Of a DNA stretch of 64,000 bases, positions 19,095 to 29,180 are shown in pieces. The notes below the pieces were generated by a model. That model made no database searches, was not told the DNA's origin, and was given only the letters and a program-made list of their open reading frames with translations. Positions within the stretch are counted from its first letter, which is position 1. Every line of letters begins with the position of its first letter. A program made the position numbers and the translations under genes. Source of the stretch: Spirochaetia bacterium (GTDB lineage: Bacteria > Spirochaetota > Spirochaetia > SZUA-6 > Bin103); NCBI GenBank assembly GCA_965198005.1, contig CBDAOI010000003.1, positions 800,001 through 864,000 of the forward strand, read 5' to 3'.

Positions 19095-20057
19095 ATGAGA
19101 GCCTATGTGATCCGGCGTCTGCTGCTGACGATTCCGACCCTCATCATCCTGTCGATGCTGGTCTTCCTGTCGGTCCGCTTTATTCCTGGCGACATCGTCG
19201 ACGTGATGATGCAGGAGATGATGCTCACAGGCAGCATTCAGGACGTGGATCGCGAAGCGGTCGAGCGCAGGCTGGGGCTGGACCAGCCGATCTACGTGCA
19301 GTATGGGCGCTGGGTGGGCGAGATCCTGCTGCGCGGCAGTCTGGGGCGATCCCTGCTGCACAACTGGGAAGTGGGCGAGCGGATTCTCGGACGCATGCCG
19401 GTGACCTTCGAGCTGGGGTTTCTCGCCATCGTCATCGGCCTGGTTATCGCCATACCGGTGGGCATCTACTCCGCGATCCGGCAGGACCACGTCGGCGACT
19501 ACGTGGGCCGTTCTGCCGCCATCATCGGCCTGGCGACGCCCAACTTCTGGCTGGGCGTGATGGTGATGATCTACCCGGCGATCTGGTGGGGCTGGACGCC
19601 CCCGCTCAAGCTGGTCCCCTTCTTCGAGGACCCTATCCGGAATCTGGGGGGCTTCCTCGTCCCCGCACTCATTCTGGGCACCGCCGGCGCGGCCGCCGTC
19701 ATGCGGATGACCCGCACCATGATGCTGGAGGTGCTTCGGCAGGACTACATCCGCACCGCTTGGTCGAAAGGAGTGCGCGAGCGCGTCGTGGTGGTGAGGC
19801 ACGCCCTCAAGAACGCGCTGATCCCCGTCGTTACGTTGGTTGGTCTGCAGCTGCCGATTCTCGTCGGTGGCGCGGTGATTATGGAGAACATCTTCAACCT
19901 GCCCGGGCTCGGCCGGCTGATGCTGCTCGCCCTGAAGGATCGTGATTACACGGTGGTGTCGGGAGTGAATCTGCTGTTCGGCACCGTTGTCCTGTTGAAC
20001 AACCTGTTCATCGATGTGGTCTACGGCCTATTGGACCCGAGGATCCGGTACCGGTAA
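19095..20057 (+). CDS. Peptide ABC permease (DppB-like)
   Basis: MRAYVIRRLL; EVLRQDYIRTAWSKG. Confidence 0.95.
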   Translation: MRAYVIRRLLLTIPTLIILSMLVFLSVRFIPGDIVDVMMQEMMLTGSIQDVDREAVERRLGLDQPIYVQYGRWVGEILLRGSLGRSLLHNWEVGERILGRMPVTFELGFLAIVIGLVIAIPVGIYSAIRQDHVGDYVGRSAAIIGLATPNFWLGVMVMIYPAIWWGWTPPLKLVPFFEDPIRNLGGFLVPALILGTAGAAAVMRMTRTMMLEVLRQDYIRTAWSKGVRERVVVVRHALKNALIPVVTLVGLQLPILVGGAVIMENIFNLPGLGRLMLLALKDRDYTVVSGVNLLFGTVVLLNNLFIDVVYGLLDPRIRYR

Positions 20058-20923
20058 TGGGCGGACGGCGCACCGGTGTTGCCGATTTCGTACGCAGGCT
20101 GGTCAAGACCAAACCGCTGGGAGCCGCGAGTGCCGCCGTCATCGTGATCCTGATCGTGGTGGCCATCTTCTCCGACCTCATCGCCCCCTACCCGCACACC
20201 GAGCTCCACATCATCGATAGACTACAGGGCGCTTCGGCCAAGTACCTGCTGGGCACCGACCAGGTGGGGCGGGATCTGTTGAGCCGCCTCATCAACGGCG
20301 CTCGCATCTCACTGTTGGTCGGCTTCGCTGCCACCTCGCTCAACATCGTGGTGGCCATGGTCGTGGGGGGCACGTCGGGTTTCCTCGGCGGCAAGTTCGA
20401 CCTGACAGTACAGCGGTTCGTGGACGCATGGATGGCGTTTCCCTCCCTGCTGTTGCTGCTCACGATCATGTCGCTGCTGGGGCCCGGCGTGCTGCAGATC
20501 ATCCTGGTGCTCGGCGTGTCGGGCGGCATCGGCGGCTCGCGCGTGCCGCGCGGCGCGGTCGTCGCCATCAAGGAGAACGACTACTTCCAGGCGGCGCAGG
20601 CGATTGGCACGCCGGTGTGGAAGACGCTGTTGCGTCATGTCCTGCCCAACGTCACCGCGCCAATGCTCATCGTCTTCTCGGTAAGCATCGGCGGCAACAT
20701 CCTGGCGGCCGCGTCGTTGGGTTTCCTCGGCTACGGCCTCCCACCCAGCACCCCGGACTGGGGCAGCATGCTCAGCCGGGAGGGGCTGCAGTACATGGAG
20801 TCGGCGCCGTGGCTGGCGCTGTGGCCGGGGCTGTGCCTGACGCTCGTCGTCTACTGCCTCAACATGTTCGGCGACGCCCTGCGCGACCTGCTCGACCCTC
20901 GGCTCCGCGTCGGCGGCCGCTAG
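20057..20923 (+). CDS. Peptide ABC permease (DppC-like)
   Basis: LGTDQVGRDLLSR; NMFGDALRDLLDPR. Confidence 0.95.
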   Translation: MGGRRTGVADFVRRLVKTKPLGAASAAVIVILIVVAIFSDLIAPYPHTELHIIDRLQGASAKYLLGTDQVGRDLLSRLINGARISLLVGFAATSLNIVVAMVVGGTSGFLGGKFDLTVQRFVDAWMAFPSLLLLLTIMSLLGPGVLQIILVLGVSGGIGGSRVPRGAVVAIKENDYFQAAQAIGTPVWKTLLRHVLPNVTAPMLIVFSVSIGGNILAAASLGFLGYGLPPSTPDWGSMLSREGLQYMESAPWLALWPGLCLTLVVYCLNMFGDALRDLLDPRLRVGGR

Positions 20924-20928
20924 CTCGG

Positions 20929-21794
20929 ATGCTCGGAGCGCGCCGCCGCCGTCGGGCCGGTGCCGGTGCGCTGGTCGCCGCGTGCTGCGCGCTGCTGGTG
21001 CCGGTGCCACTGGTCGCCCAGGTCGGCATGTCGGCGACCGCCTTCACCGTTTCTGACACCTGCAGTGGACGCTTCGTCCGCCACCCCCTGCTCCACACGA
21101 CGGCTGCGGCGGACAGCCCGGCTCGCTTCTTCGACAGCAACGGTGCCGGCGTGGCGCTTGCCGACCTCGACGACGACGGTCGCATCGACATCGCCCTGGC
21201 CGGCTTGCGCGCCCCGGCGACGCTGCTCTGGAACCGGGGTGGGCTCGCCTTCAAGCGCACCGTGCTAGTAGAGGAGACGGACACCCGTGCCGTCGCTGTG
21301 GTCGATGTCGACGGCGACGATGCCGTTGACCTGGTGTTCACCCGCGCGCGAATGCCGCTCCATCCTGGTGGCGCGGCGCTGGCGCCCGCCGCTTCGCCCG
21401 CGACGACGAGCAAGCGTTCGCCGGACCCTTTCCCATCTACGCCATGGACTGGGCCGACCTGGACGGCGACCAAGACAACCTCGCCGCTGCCGCCGTGCTG
21501 TTCGAGAATCAGCTGTGCAGCGAGGGCACGGCGGTTGAGATCGACCTGCACTGGTCGGGCTCGGCCAACACCCGTGCGCTCGGGGCGCGCGTCAAACTGG
21601 CAACGAGTGCCGGCCGCTACGCGCGGACGGTGCGCGCCAGTAGCGGCTACCTGTCCAGTAACCCAGCCCGCGTGCACGTTGGCTTGCCGCCGGCTGCTGC
21701 GGCGCTTGCACTCACGGTCCGCTGGCCGGACGGTGTCACGAGCCACCTCGGGGATGTTGCAGCGGGCCGGCTCATAAAGGTAACCCGACGTTAG
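20929..21794 (+). pseudogene. CRTAC1/FG-GAP plus ASPIC-UnbV secreted protein, internally deleted and frameshifted
   Basis: Signal peptide; GAGVALADLDDDGRID; DVDGDDAVD; DWADLDGD; NTRALGARV..SGYLS..VHVGL..VRWPDG in a second frame. Confidence 0.75.
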
Positions 21795-21908
21795 TACATG
21801 CCGCGACCGGTCGCCTCGGTCACCCGGGGGCAGGCGCAGGTGGTGTCGTAGGGTGGGGGCTGTGCGGGCGAGCGCGCTTTGTCAGCAAGGAGCGAGCTCT
21901 TCGGTAGT

Positions 21909-22193
21909 TCAGCGTTGGTGGTACGACGCTTGCCGACTACGTAGGTCCGTGACGATAACCACGGTCTCCCGCTCATCGATCATATAGAACAACCGGTACC
22001 CGCCCAATCGGTATCGATAGAAGTCGCTGAACTCGCCTTTCAGTCGCTTGATATTCGGCCCGAAGTGGGGCTCCCGGCGGAGAAGCGGATACACCACCTC
22101 CTCGAGCCGCGGGTGCAGCGCAGCAAGGGCTTTGTTCTTATGCAGTGATTTGCGAAACGACTCGGTTTCCGCGACGACGCAGCTAGTCGACAA
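21909..22193 (-). CDS. RelE/ParE-family toxin
   Basis: GPNIKRLKGEFSDFYRYRLGGYRLFY. Start uncertain (22193 or 22211). Confidence 0.85.
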   Translation of the reverse strand: MSTSCVVAETESFRKSLHKNKALAALHPRLEEVVYPLLRREPHFGPNIKRLKGEFSDFYRYRLGGYRLFYMIDERETVVIVTDLRSRQASYHQR

Positions 22194-22425
22194 CCTGGTA
22201 TTTGTTGCCACTCACTTCGGAGCGCGCACGCTTTAGGGAGGAGACGAGCTCCGCGTCTGAGAGGATCTCCGCCATCTCCTCATCAGAAACAGAAGCCTCT
22301 TCTGTGAGATACGAGATGGTGGCGTATTCGATGAAGTTGGCGATGCTGCGCATCTGCCCCTGGGCGGCGTGGCGAATCAATTGATAGGTATCTTCATCGA
22401 GACGAATCGTTACGGTTTTTGACAT
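22183..22425 (-). CDS. RHH/CopG-type antitoxin
   Basis: MSKTVTIRLDEDTY..RSIANFIE; acidic C-terminus; overlaps the toxin gene. Confidence 0.8.
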   Translation of the reverse strand: MSKTVTIRLDEDTYQLIRHAAQGQMRSIANFIEYATISYLTEEASVSDEEMAEILSDAELVSSLKRARSEVSGNKYQVVD

Positions 22426-22695
22426 GGACGTCTGCCTTCTAATGTATTCGTTTGCATTCACATCGTCAACACACTCTCTTTCGCGGGCTCCGACTACCTC
22501 GTTTACGTCAGTGCGGAAACCGTCGACATCCTCATGCCGAAGCGCTGCTGGCCGTCGCTGCCGCCGCATACCAGGGTGGCATCGCTCGCCGGTATGTCGG
22601 CCTGCTTACACTCTACGCTCGAGCGCTTGGCTCATCTGGTCTGGTCGGATCTGGACTCGGCAGCGCAGACATGGTGTGGTACAGTGCCATCCGCC

Positions 22696-22810
22696 ATGGT
22701 CGTGAACACCGTTACCGAGGCGAAGGCGCGGCTATCTGAGCTCATCGCGCGCGTACAGGCTGGCGAGGAAGTGGTCATCAACAAGGCGGGCAAGCCCGCT
22801 GCAGGCTTGA
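22696..22810 (+). pseudogene. Phd/YefM antitoxin N-terminal shard
   Basis: VTEAKARLSELIARVQAGEEVVINKAGKPAA. Confidence 0.75.
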
Positions 22811-22826
22811 CTGGGGAGCATGAACT

Positions 22827-23051
22827 GACCCCGAGGCGACGATCGGCAACGCCGGCGCCTTCACCGAAGCGTTCGTCGGGCAAGAGCTGCTGGCGTACGG
22901 CCGACCTCGGGCCAGACCCGAGCTGTTCTACTGGCATCGCGAGGCGCGCTCGAGCAACGCCGAGGTGGACTATCTGCTGGCGGGCGACGAGGGGGTGGTG
23001 CCTGTGGAAATGAAGAGCGGCACCACCGGACGGTTGCGTTCCCTGCAGCTG
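22827..23051 (+). pseudogene. AAA_14/DUF4143 protein C-terminal shard
   Basis: GAFTEAFVGQEL..LFYWHREARSSNAEVDYL..VPVEMKSGTTGRLRSL. Confidence 0.7.
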
Positions 23052-23325
23052 TCTGTCGACGCTCTCGCCCACGGCAACGTTCCATTTGACTATACGGGGT
23101 CTCTTCGGCGGCAATCAATCGCCAGCCCGCCCAGCCCGCCGGCGTCGGCAACCTCGACGGGCCTCTCAGCCGGCTGGGTAACGGCGCGAGCACGCCGTCT
23201 GGTCCAGCCCAGCCAGCGCCCGTGCCCCAGCTAGGTGGGGCGCACGTTGGGCGGGGCCGCCAAAAGAGTTTTGCGGTGAGGGGGTGGCTGTTCTTGGCCG
23301 CATACCGTACGCTGCCGTCGAAGAG

Positions 23326-24345
23326 ATGAGTGACAGCAACAGCCAGATTATCCTGCGGCGAACGTCGAGCGGCATGCCGGTCCCGGAGGACTTCGAATTG
23401 GTGGAGTCGCCGATTCCGCAACCGGGTGACGGCGAGGTCCTGGTACGCACCATTTACGTCTCCCTGGACCCCTATATGCGGGGCTCCATGAGCAAAACCG
23501 AGACCGTCGGCCAGGTGCTGGTTGGCGGCGTGGTCGGCGAAGTGGTCGAGTCGCGCCACCCGGACTTCCACGCCGGCCAATTCGTGTGCCAGTACGTCGG
23601 CGGCTACGGCTGGCAGAGCTACGGCGCGGTTCCGGGGGCTGAGCTGCGGGTGCTGGATCCCGGTTTGGTGCCGATATCCACGGCGCTGGGCGTAGTCGGC
23701 ATGCCGGGGGTAACTGCCTATTTCGGACTGTTGGCAGTGGGGCAGCCGGTCGCCGGCGAGACGGTTGTGGTTTCGGCGGCAGCTGGTGCGGTCGGCGCGG
23801 TGGTCGGACAGATCGCCAAGATCAAGAACTGTCGCGCGGTGGGCATCGCCGGCAGCGACGAGAAATGCAACTACGTCGTCGAGGAGCTTGGCTTCGACGC
23901 CGCCGTCAACTACCGGGCGGGCGACCTGGACGGGGCGCTGGCCAGCGCCTGCCCCAACGGCGTTGATGTGTATTTCGACAACGTCGGTGGGCCCGTCCTC
24001 GACGCGGTGCTGGCGCAGATCAACCGCGGCGCGCGCATTCCGCTGTGCGGTTCTATCGCCGAGTACAACGACCCGCTCGGATCGCTGCAGGGCACCCGCA
24101 TCAACCGTTACGTGCAGGGGAGCCTGGCCCATATGGTGGGGATGAACCAGGGACAGTACCAGGATCGCCACGAGGAGGCACTGGCCCTGCTGGCTTGGTG
24201 GGTGCGTGGCGGCAGAATCGCCTACCGGGAAGACATCGTCGCCGGGCTGGAGAAGGCGCCCGAGGCATTCATCGGCATGATGCAGGGCAAGAACTTCGGC
24301 AAGCTGCTGGTGCGAGTCAGCCCCGATCCGACCCGCGACGCCTAG
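23326..24345 (+). CDS. NADP-dependent oxidoreductase (CurA/prostaglandin reductase-like MDR)
   Basis: SLDPYMRG, GMPGVTAYFGL, AAAGAVG, DVYFDNVGG, GKNFGKL. Confidence 0.92.
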   Translation: MSDSNSQIILRRTSSGMPVPEDFELVESPIPQPGDGEVLVRTIYVSLDPYMRGSMSKTETVGQVLVGGVVGEVVESRHPDFHAGQFVCQYVGGYGWQSYGAVPGAELRVLDPGLVPISTALGVVGMPGVTAYFGLLAVGQPVAGETVVVSAAAGAVGAVVGQIAKIKNCRAVGIAGSDEKCNYVVEELGFDAAVNYRAGDLDGALASACPNGVDVYFDNVGGPVLDAVLAQINRGARIPLCGSIAEYNDPLGSLQGTRINRYVQGSLAHMVGMNQGQYQDRHEEALALLAWWVRGGRIAYREDIVAGLEKAPEAFIGMMQGKNFGKLLVRVSPDPTRDA

Positions 24346-24469
24346 GCGCGCAGGGGCGCGGCGCGCGGCGCCGTCGCGACCAACATCGCCCGGTCGGGGC
24401 GCAACCGGCCGGAGGCGCGCAAAGATCAGCAATCGGCCGAGCGCCAGGCGCTGCTGGCCGCGCAGAGCA

Positions 24470-24902
24470 TGTCGTTCTCAGGGGATGTTTCGCTTCTCGA
24501 GGATCCGTTCCGCGCGGTCGCTTGATACTTCGAGTAGGTATTCCTACATTGCCGGCGCGCGGCCGTGGCCGGTTGCCAAGAGGGGAGAGCGTAGACACCT
24601 ACCTGGCGCGCATTCGCGGGTGACCACCGCCGTCGATACGTCGGTCATCTTGATCACCGACGACGTGCTGCATGCCGCCGCTTCCGTCGAGGCACTGCGG
24701 CGCGAAGGGCGCATCATCGCCTGCGAGTGCGTCATCGCCGAGGTGAGGCCCGCTCTCGCCACCGATGCCGAGCTTCAGGAGATGCTGCAGGCGCTGGCCA
24801 TCGAGTTTGTGCCGGGATCCCAGGCATCAGCGGTACTCGCCGGCGGACACTTCGCCCGCTATCTCGAGCGGGGCGGCGCCGCCGGGCGCGTGCTGCCCGA
24901 CG
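24470..24902 (+). pseudogene. Degraded antitoxin-VapC (PIN) pair
   Basis: ...GRLILR..SVDTYLARIRG* overlaps GTG at 24620: MTTAVDTSVIL..ECVIAEVRP..RVLPD. The PIN C-terminus is missing. Confidence 0.65.
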
Positions 24903-24991
24903 ACCCGTTCCACCGCCACGTGATCATCGCTGGCGCGCCGGGTATACTGTGCGAGCGATACGCAAGACCTGCAACACCGGGAGGATTCCGC

Positions 24992-26005
24992 ATGGCTGAC
25001 ATGAATCGCGCCTGGACCATGGCCGCCTACCCGCACGGCGAGCCCAAGCTGTCCGACTTCGCGCTGACCGAAACCCCGATCCCCACGCCGGGGCCGCGTG
25101 AGGTGTTGATCGCCACCCACTACCACTCGCTCGATCCCTACATGCGCGGGCGGATGAACCGGCCCAATCCGGCCGCCTACGCCGCTCCGGTGGGAATCGG
25201 CGGCGTGATGGAGGCGGACGCGGTGGGGGAGGTGATCGCCTCCAATTCCGAGGGGTTCGCGGTCGGCGACTTCGCCATGGGCAAGATCGGGTGGCAGGAG
25301 TACGGGGTGATGAACGAGCGCGACGTGCGCAAGGTCGACCCCGAGGCGGCGCCGATCTCGACCTCGGTGGGGGTGCTGGGCATGCCGGGATTGACCGCGT
25401 ACTTCGGGTTCTTCGAGGTCGGCAAGCCGGTGGCCGGCGACACGGTGGTGGTGACCGCGGCCTCGGGGGCGGTCGGCGCCGTGGTGGGCCAGCTCGGCAA
25501 GATCAACGGCTGCCGCGTCATCGGCGTGGCGGGAAGCGCGGAGAAAGTGGCGTACGTGGAGCACGAGCTGGGCTTCGACGCCTGCATCAACTACAAGACC
25601 GATGACGTGCCGGCGCGGCTGGACGAGCTGTGCCCCAACGGCATCGACGTGTACTGGGACAACGTGGGCGGACCGGTGACGGACGCCGCGATCGATCGGA
25701 TCGCGCTGTTCGGGCGGGCGGTGATCTGCGGTCAGATCGCGTTCTACAATGCCACCTCACCGCCGCAGGGGCCGCGCAACATCCCGCGCATGCTGCTGAC
25801 GCGCCGCGCCCGCATGGAAGGGTTTCTCGTGTTCCAGTTCCAGGACCGCTACCAGGAGGGGCTGGCCCGGCTCGCGGCCTGGATCAACGACGGCTCGTTG
25901 CAGTACCGGGAGGACGTGGTCGAGGGAATCGAGCATTCCCCCGAGGCGTTCATCGGACTGCTGCGCGGCCGTAACTACGGCAAGCTGGTGGTGCGCGTCC
26001 GGTAG
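24992..26005 (+). CDS. NADP-dependent oxidoreductase (CurA-like), second paralog
   Basis: GGAGG RBS; SLDPYMRGRM, GMPGLTAYFG, DVYWDNVGG, GRNYGKL. Confidence 0.92.
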   Translation: MADMNRAWTMAAYPHGEPKLSDFALTETPIPTPGPREVLIATHYHSLDPYMRGRMNRPNPAAYAAPVGIGGVMEADAVGEVIASNSEGFAVGDFAMGKIGWQEYGVMNERDVRKVDPEAAPISTSVGVLGMPGLTAYFGFFEVGKPVAGDTVVVTAASGAVGAVVGQLGKINGCRVIGVAGSAEKVAYVEHELGFDACINYKTDDVPARLDELCPNGIDVYWDNVGGPVTDAAIDRIALFGRAVICGQIAFYNATSPPQGPRNIPRMLLTRRARMEGFLVFQFQDRYQEGLARLAAWINDGSLQYREDVVEGIEHSPEAFIGLLRGRNYGKLVVRVR

Positions 26006-26009
26006 CGCG

Positions 26010-27113
26010 CTAGTCGAAGGTCAGCACGCCCCGTTTGTGGCCGCCGGCGAGCAGGTCGGCGTAGGCCTCGTTGATCCGACTCAGCGGGTAAGTGGCGGAG
26101 ACCAATTCGTCCAGCAGCAACCGGCCCGACCGGTAGAAGTCCAGCAGGCGCGGGAACTCGACGTGCGGGTTGCAGGTGCCGAAGAACGAACCGAGTATCC
26201 GCTTCGCGTTGACGTGCAGGTCCAGGGCGGAATAGCAGGTCGTGGAGCCGCCCGGCGCCACGCCGACCACCACCTCGGTACCGCCGCGGCGGGTGGCCCG
26301 GTAGGCAGTCTCCTGCAACGCGGGTATGCCCACCGCCTCGAACGCAAAGTCGGCGCCGCGGCCGCCGGTCAGGTCGCGGACCTGCTCCAGAACGTCCGCT
26401 TCCTCGCCGCTGCCCGCGATCCAATGGGTCGCCCCGAACTGGTACGCGATCGGTTCCTTGGCCGGGTCGGTGTCGACCGCGATGATCGGTCCGGCGGCGC
26501 TGAGCCGCGCCCCCTGGAGAATGTTCAGTCCCACGCCGCCGCAGCCGAATACGACCACGCTCTCGCCGGGACGGATGTCGACCGTGTTGAGCGCGGCGCC
26601 GACGCCGGTGGTTACGGCGCATCCGACCAGCGCCGCCACCGTGAACGGGACGTCGTCGTCAATCGGGACGCAGCTCTCCGCCGGGGCAATCGTCTCCTCG
26701 GCGAAGGTCGACAGCACGCTGAACTGGCGCACCACCTCGCCGTTCAGCCGCAGCCGGGTGGAGCCGTCGGGCATGGTGCCGTTGTGCCAGTCCCAGTTGG
26801 TCTCGCACAGGCCGGACTGGCCGCGCAGGCAGTAGAAGCAGTTGCCGCAGGACGGCGCCCAGTTGAGGATTACGCGCTGGCCCGGGCGCAGATTGGCAAC
26901 CGCCGAGCCCACTTCCTCGACCACGCCCGCACCCTCGTGCCCCAGCACCAGCGGCAGCGGGCGGCGCAACTTGCCGGTGACGAAGTGCCAATCGCTGTGG
27001 CAGGTGCCGGCGGCGGCCAGCCGCACCCGCACCTCGTGCGGCTCCGGCGGCAGCAACTCCACCTCTTCGACTACGAACGGCCCACCAATCTGGTGCAGCA
27101 CGGCTGCTTTCAT
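26010..27113 (-). CDS. Zn-dependent alcohol dehydrogenase
   Basis: GTCHSD, LGHEGAG, CGNCFYC..C, GCAVTTG, GCGGVG. Confidence 0.93.
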   Translation of the reverse strand: MKAAVLHQIGGPFVVEEVELLPPEPHEVRVRLAAAGTCHSDWHFVTGKLRRPLPLVLGHEGAGVVEEVGSAVANLRPGQRVILNWAPSCGNCFYCLRGQSGLCETNWDWHNGTMPDGSTRLRLNGEVVRQFSVLSTFAEETIAPAESCVPIDDDVPFTVAALVGCAVTTGVGAALNTVDIRPGESVVVFGCGGVGLNILQGARLSAAGPIIAVDTDPAKEPIAYQFGATHWIAGSGEEADVLEQVRDLTGGRGADFAFEAVGIPALQETAYRATRRGGTEVVVGVAPGGSTTCYSALDLHVNAKRILGSFFGTCNPHVEFPRLLDFYRSGRLLLDELVSATYPLSRINEAYADLLAGGHKRGVLTFD

Positions 27114-27355
27114 GTACGTCCCTCCCAAGCCGGACAAACCGGCGATTCGGTGAGCGTCACCCTACGACGTTCCGCAACAAGAGTCCAGCCCCCGCGCCGT
27201 AGCGCCGTAGCGGTGGCTGCGGGCCGAGCTGCTCGACGATAAGCGGGAGTCTGTCGGACTGCTTGATGAGTGGGTCCGGCGTAACAATGAAGTCAGTCAA
27301 TTGCCTCTCGCGTGTCGGAAGCGATAGAGTCAGTGCTCAGGCTACGGTAGTGAGC

Positions 27356-29107
27356 ATGCCCCCCGCCTACCCCCGCATTCCCTACGGCGAGGCCGACTTC
27401 AGGCGCATCCGCCTGAACCGCTGGCTGTACGTCGACAAGACCCGCTTCCTGCGGCGGCTGGAGGAGGAGCGCTACGCCTTTCTGATCCGTCCGCGCCGCT
27501 TCGGCAAGTCGCTGTGGGTCTCCCTGCTGGAGAACTACTACGACCGTTTCTGGGCCGGCGACTTCGACGCCACCTTCGCCGGTACCGACGTCGGGCAGGA
27601 CCCGACCGGGGAACAGAGCCGCTACGTCACCCTGCGCTTCAACTTCTCGATGGTCAACGACAAGCTCGAAACGCTGGAGCGGGAGTTCGAGACCTACTGC
27701 CTGATAGAGCTCCGGGGGACGCTGCGGCGGCATCCCGACCTGTTTCCCGAAGCGGCGGTGCGGGACATCCTGGCGCCGCCCTCCATCGCCACCAAGCTTT
27801 CCGAGCTGTTCCGGTACGCGGGTGACCACGACATCCCGCTGTACGTGCTGATCGACGAGTACGACAACTTCGCCAACACCGTGCTGGCATACCACGGCGC
27901 GGAGGCGTACCACTCCTTCACCCACGGCGGCGGCTTCTACCGCAACTTCTTCGCCACCCTCAAGGGCGGCGCGGGCCGCAGCGGCGGCGGTCTGGAGCGG
28001 CTGTTCATCACCGGCGTGTCGCCGATCACGATGGACGACGTGACCAGCGGCTTCAACATCGGCAAGAACATCAGCCTGCACCCGGACTTCAACGAGATGG
28101 TCGGCTTCACCGAGCCGGAGGTGGGGCACCTGGTCGAGACCTACCGGGACTTGGGCGTGTTCAACCAGGAGGTCGGAACCGCCATGGGCATCATGGGCCA
28201 GTGGTACAACGGCTACCGGTTCTCCGAGGAAGCTGAAACCGATCTGTACAACACCGACATGGTGCTCTACTACCTGGACAACTCGATTCCCAACCGAGAC
28301 GTCCCGACGTACCTGATCGACACCAACGTGCGCATCGACTACGGCAAGCTGCGCCACCTGCTGGTGACCGGGCGGCAGCTCAACGGCAACTTCGACCTGC
28401 TGCGGGACGTGATCGGCGAGGAGCAGGTGGACACCCGCATCCAGCCCGGCTTTCCGCTGAAGGACCTCACCAAGCCGGAGAACTTCCTGTCGCTGCTGCA
28501 CTACTTCGGGCTGTTGAGCATCCGCGACGTGGTGGAGCGGGTGCCGCGGCTGGCGATTCCGAACCAGACGGTGAAGCGGTTGATGTACGGCTTCCTGCGC
28601 GATGGCTACCGCGACGTGGAGGTGTTTTCAGTAAACCTGTTCCGGTTCGAGCAACTGATGATGCGGATGGCCACCGAGGGCGAGTGGCGGCCGGCGTTCG
28701 AGTTCCTGAGCGAGGCGATCGCGCGGCAGACGGGGATCCGTGACTACATCAGCGGGGAGAAAGTGATTCAGGGGTTCCTGGCCGCCTATCTGAGTGTGGC
28801 CGATCACTACGTGTTCCGCTCGGAGGCGGAGTTGGGCAAAGGCCACGCGGACATCTGCCTGGAACCGCTGGTGGCGCGCTACCCGAACCTGCAGCGCGGT
28901 TATCTGATCGAGCTGAAGTACCTGAAGCGCAGCGAGTCGGTGGACGAGGCCGCCGTGGCGGCGGCGGCCTCCGAGGCAACGGCGCAGCTTGAGCGGTACC
29001 TGGCGGAGGAGCGGCTGGCGCGGCAGTTTCCGGGGGTGCGCTTCATCGGCCTGATCGTGGTGTTCCACGGCTGGGAGATGGTGTTCTGCGATGCTGTGCG
29101 GCGGTGA
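27356..29107 (+). CDS. AAA-ATPase-like plus PD-(D/E)XK nuclease protein
   Basis: YVDKT, RPRRFGKSL, VLIDEYD, FITGVS, GHADI..IELKY. Confidence 0.9.
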   Translation: MPPAYPRIPYGEADFRRIRLNRWLYVDKTRFLRRLEEERYAFLIRPRRFGKSLWVSLLENYYDRFWAGDFDATFAGTDVGQDPTGEQSRYVTLRFNFSMVNDKLETLEREFETYCLIELRGTLRRHPDLFPEAAVRDILAPPSIATKLSELFRYAGDHDIPLYVLIDEYDNFANTVLAYHGAEAYHSFTHGGGFYRNFFATLKGGAGRSGGGLERLFITGVSPITMDDVTSGFNIGKNISLHPDFNEMVGFTEPEVGHLVETYRDLGVFNQEVGTAMGIMGQWYNGYRFSEEAETDLYNTDMVLYYLDNSIPNRDVPTYLIDTNVRIDYGKLRHLLVTGRQLNGNFDLLRDVIGEEQVDTRIQPGFPLKDLTKPENFLSLLHYFGLLSIRDVVERVPRLAIPNQTVKRLMYGFLRDGYRDVEVFSVNLFRFEQLMMRMATEGEWRPAFEFLSEAIARQTGIRDYISGEKVIQGFLAAYLSVADHYVFRSEAELGKGHADICLEPLVARYPNLQRGYLIELKYLKRSESVDEAAVAAAASEATAQLERYLAEERLARQFPGVRFIGLIVVFHGWEMVFCDAVRR

Positions 29108-29180
29108 CCCGGACCCATCGCACGACGCGTATCTCGTTGGTCGTTGGCCTGGCGGCGACGACGCTGAACGTGGCGGTCGC

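Noticed and set aside
21900-24900. Integron cassette array explaining the short genes and shards
   Set aside because: No intI and no recognisable attC sites; orientations are mixed.
24485-26005. 506-aa PIN-oxidoreductase fusion protein
   Set aside because: The PIN part is truncated, and the oxidoreductase has its own GGAGG RBS and ATG at 24992. The shared frame is probably incidental.
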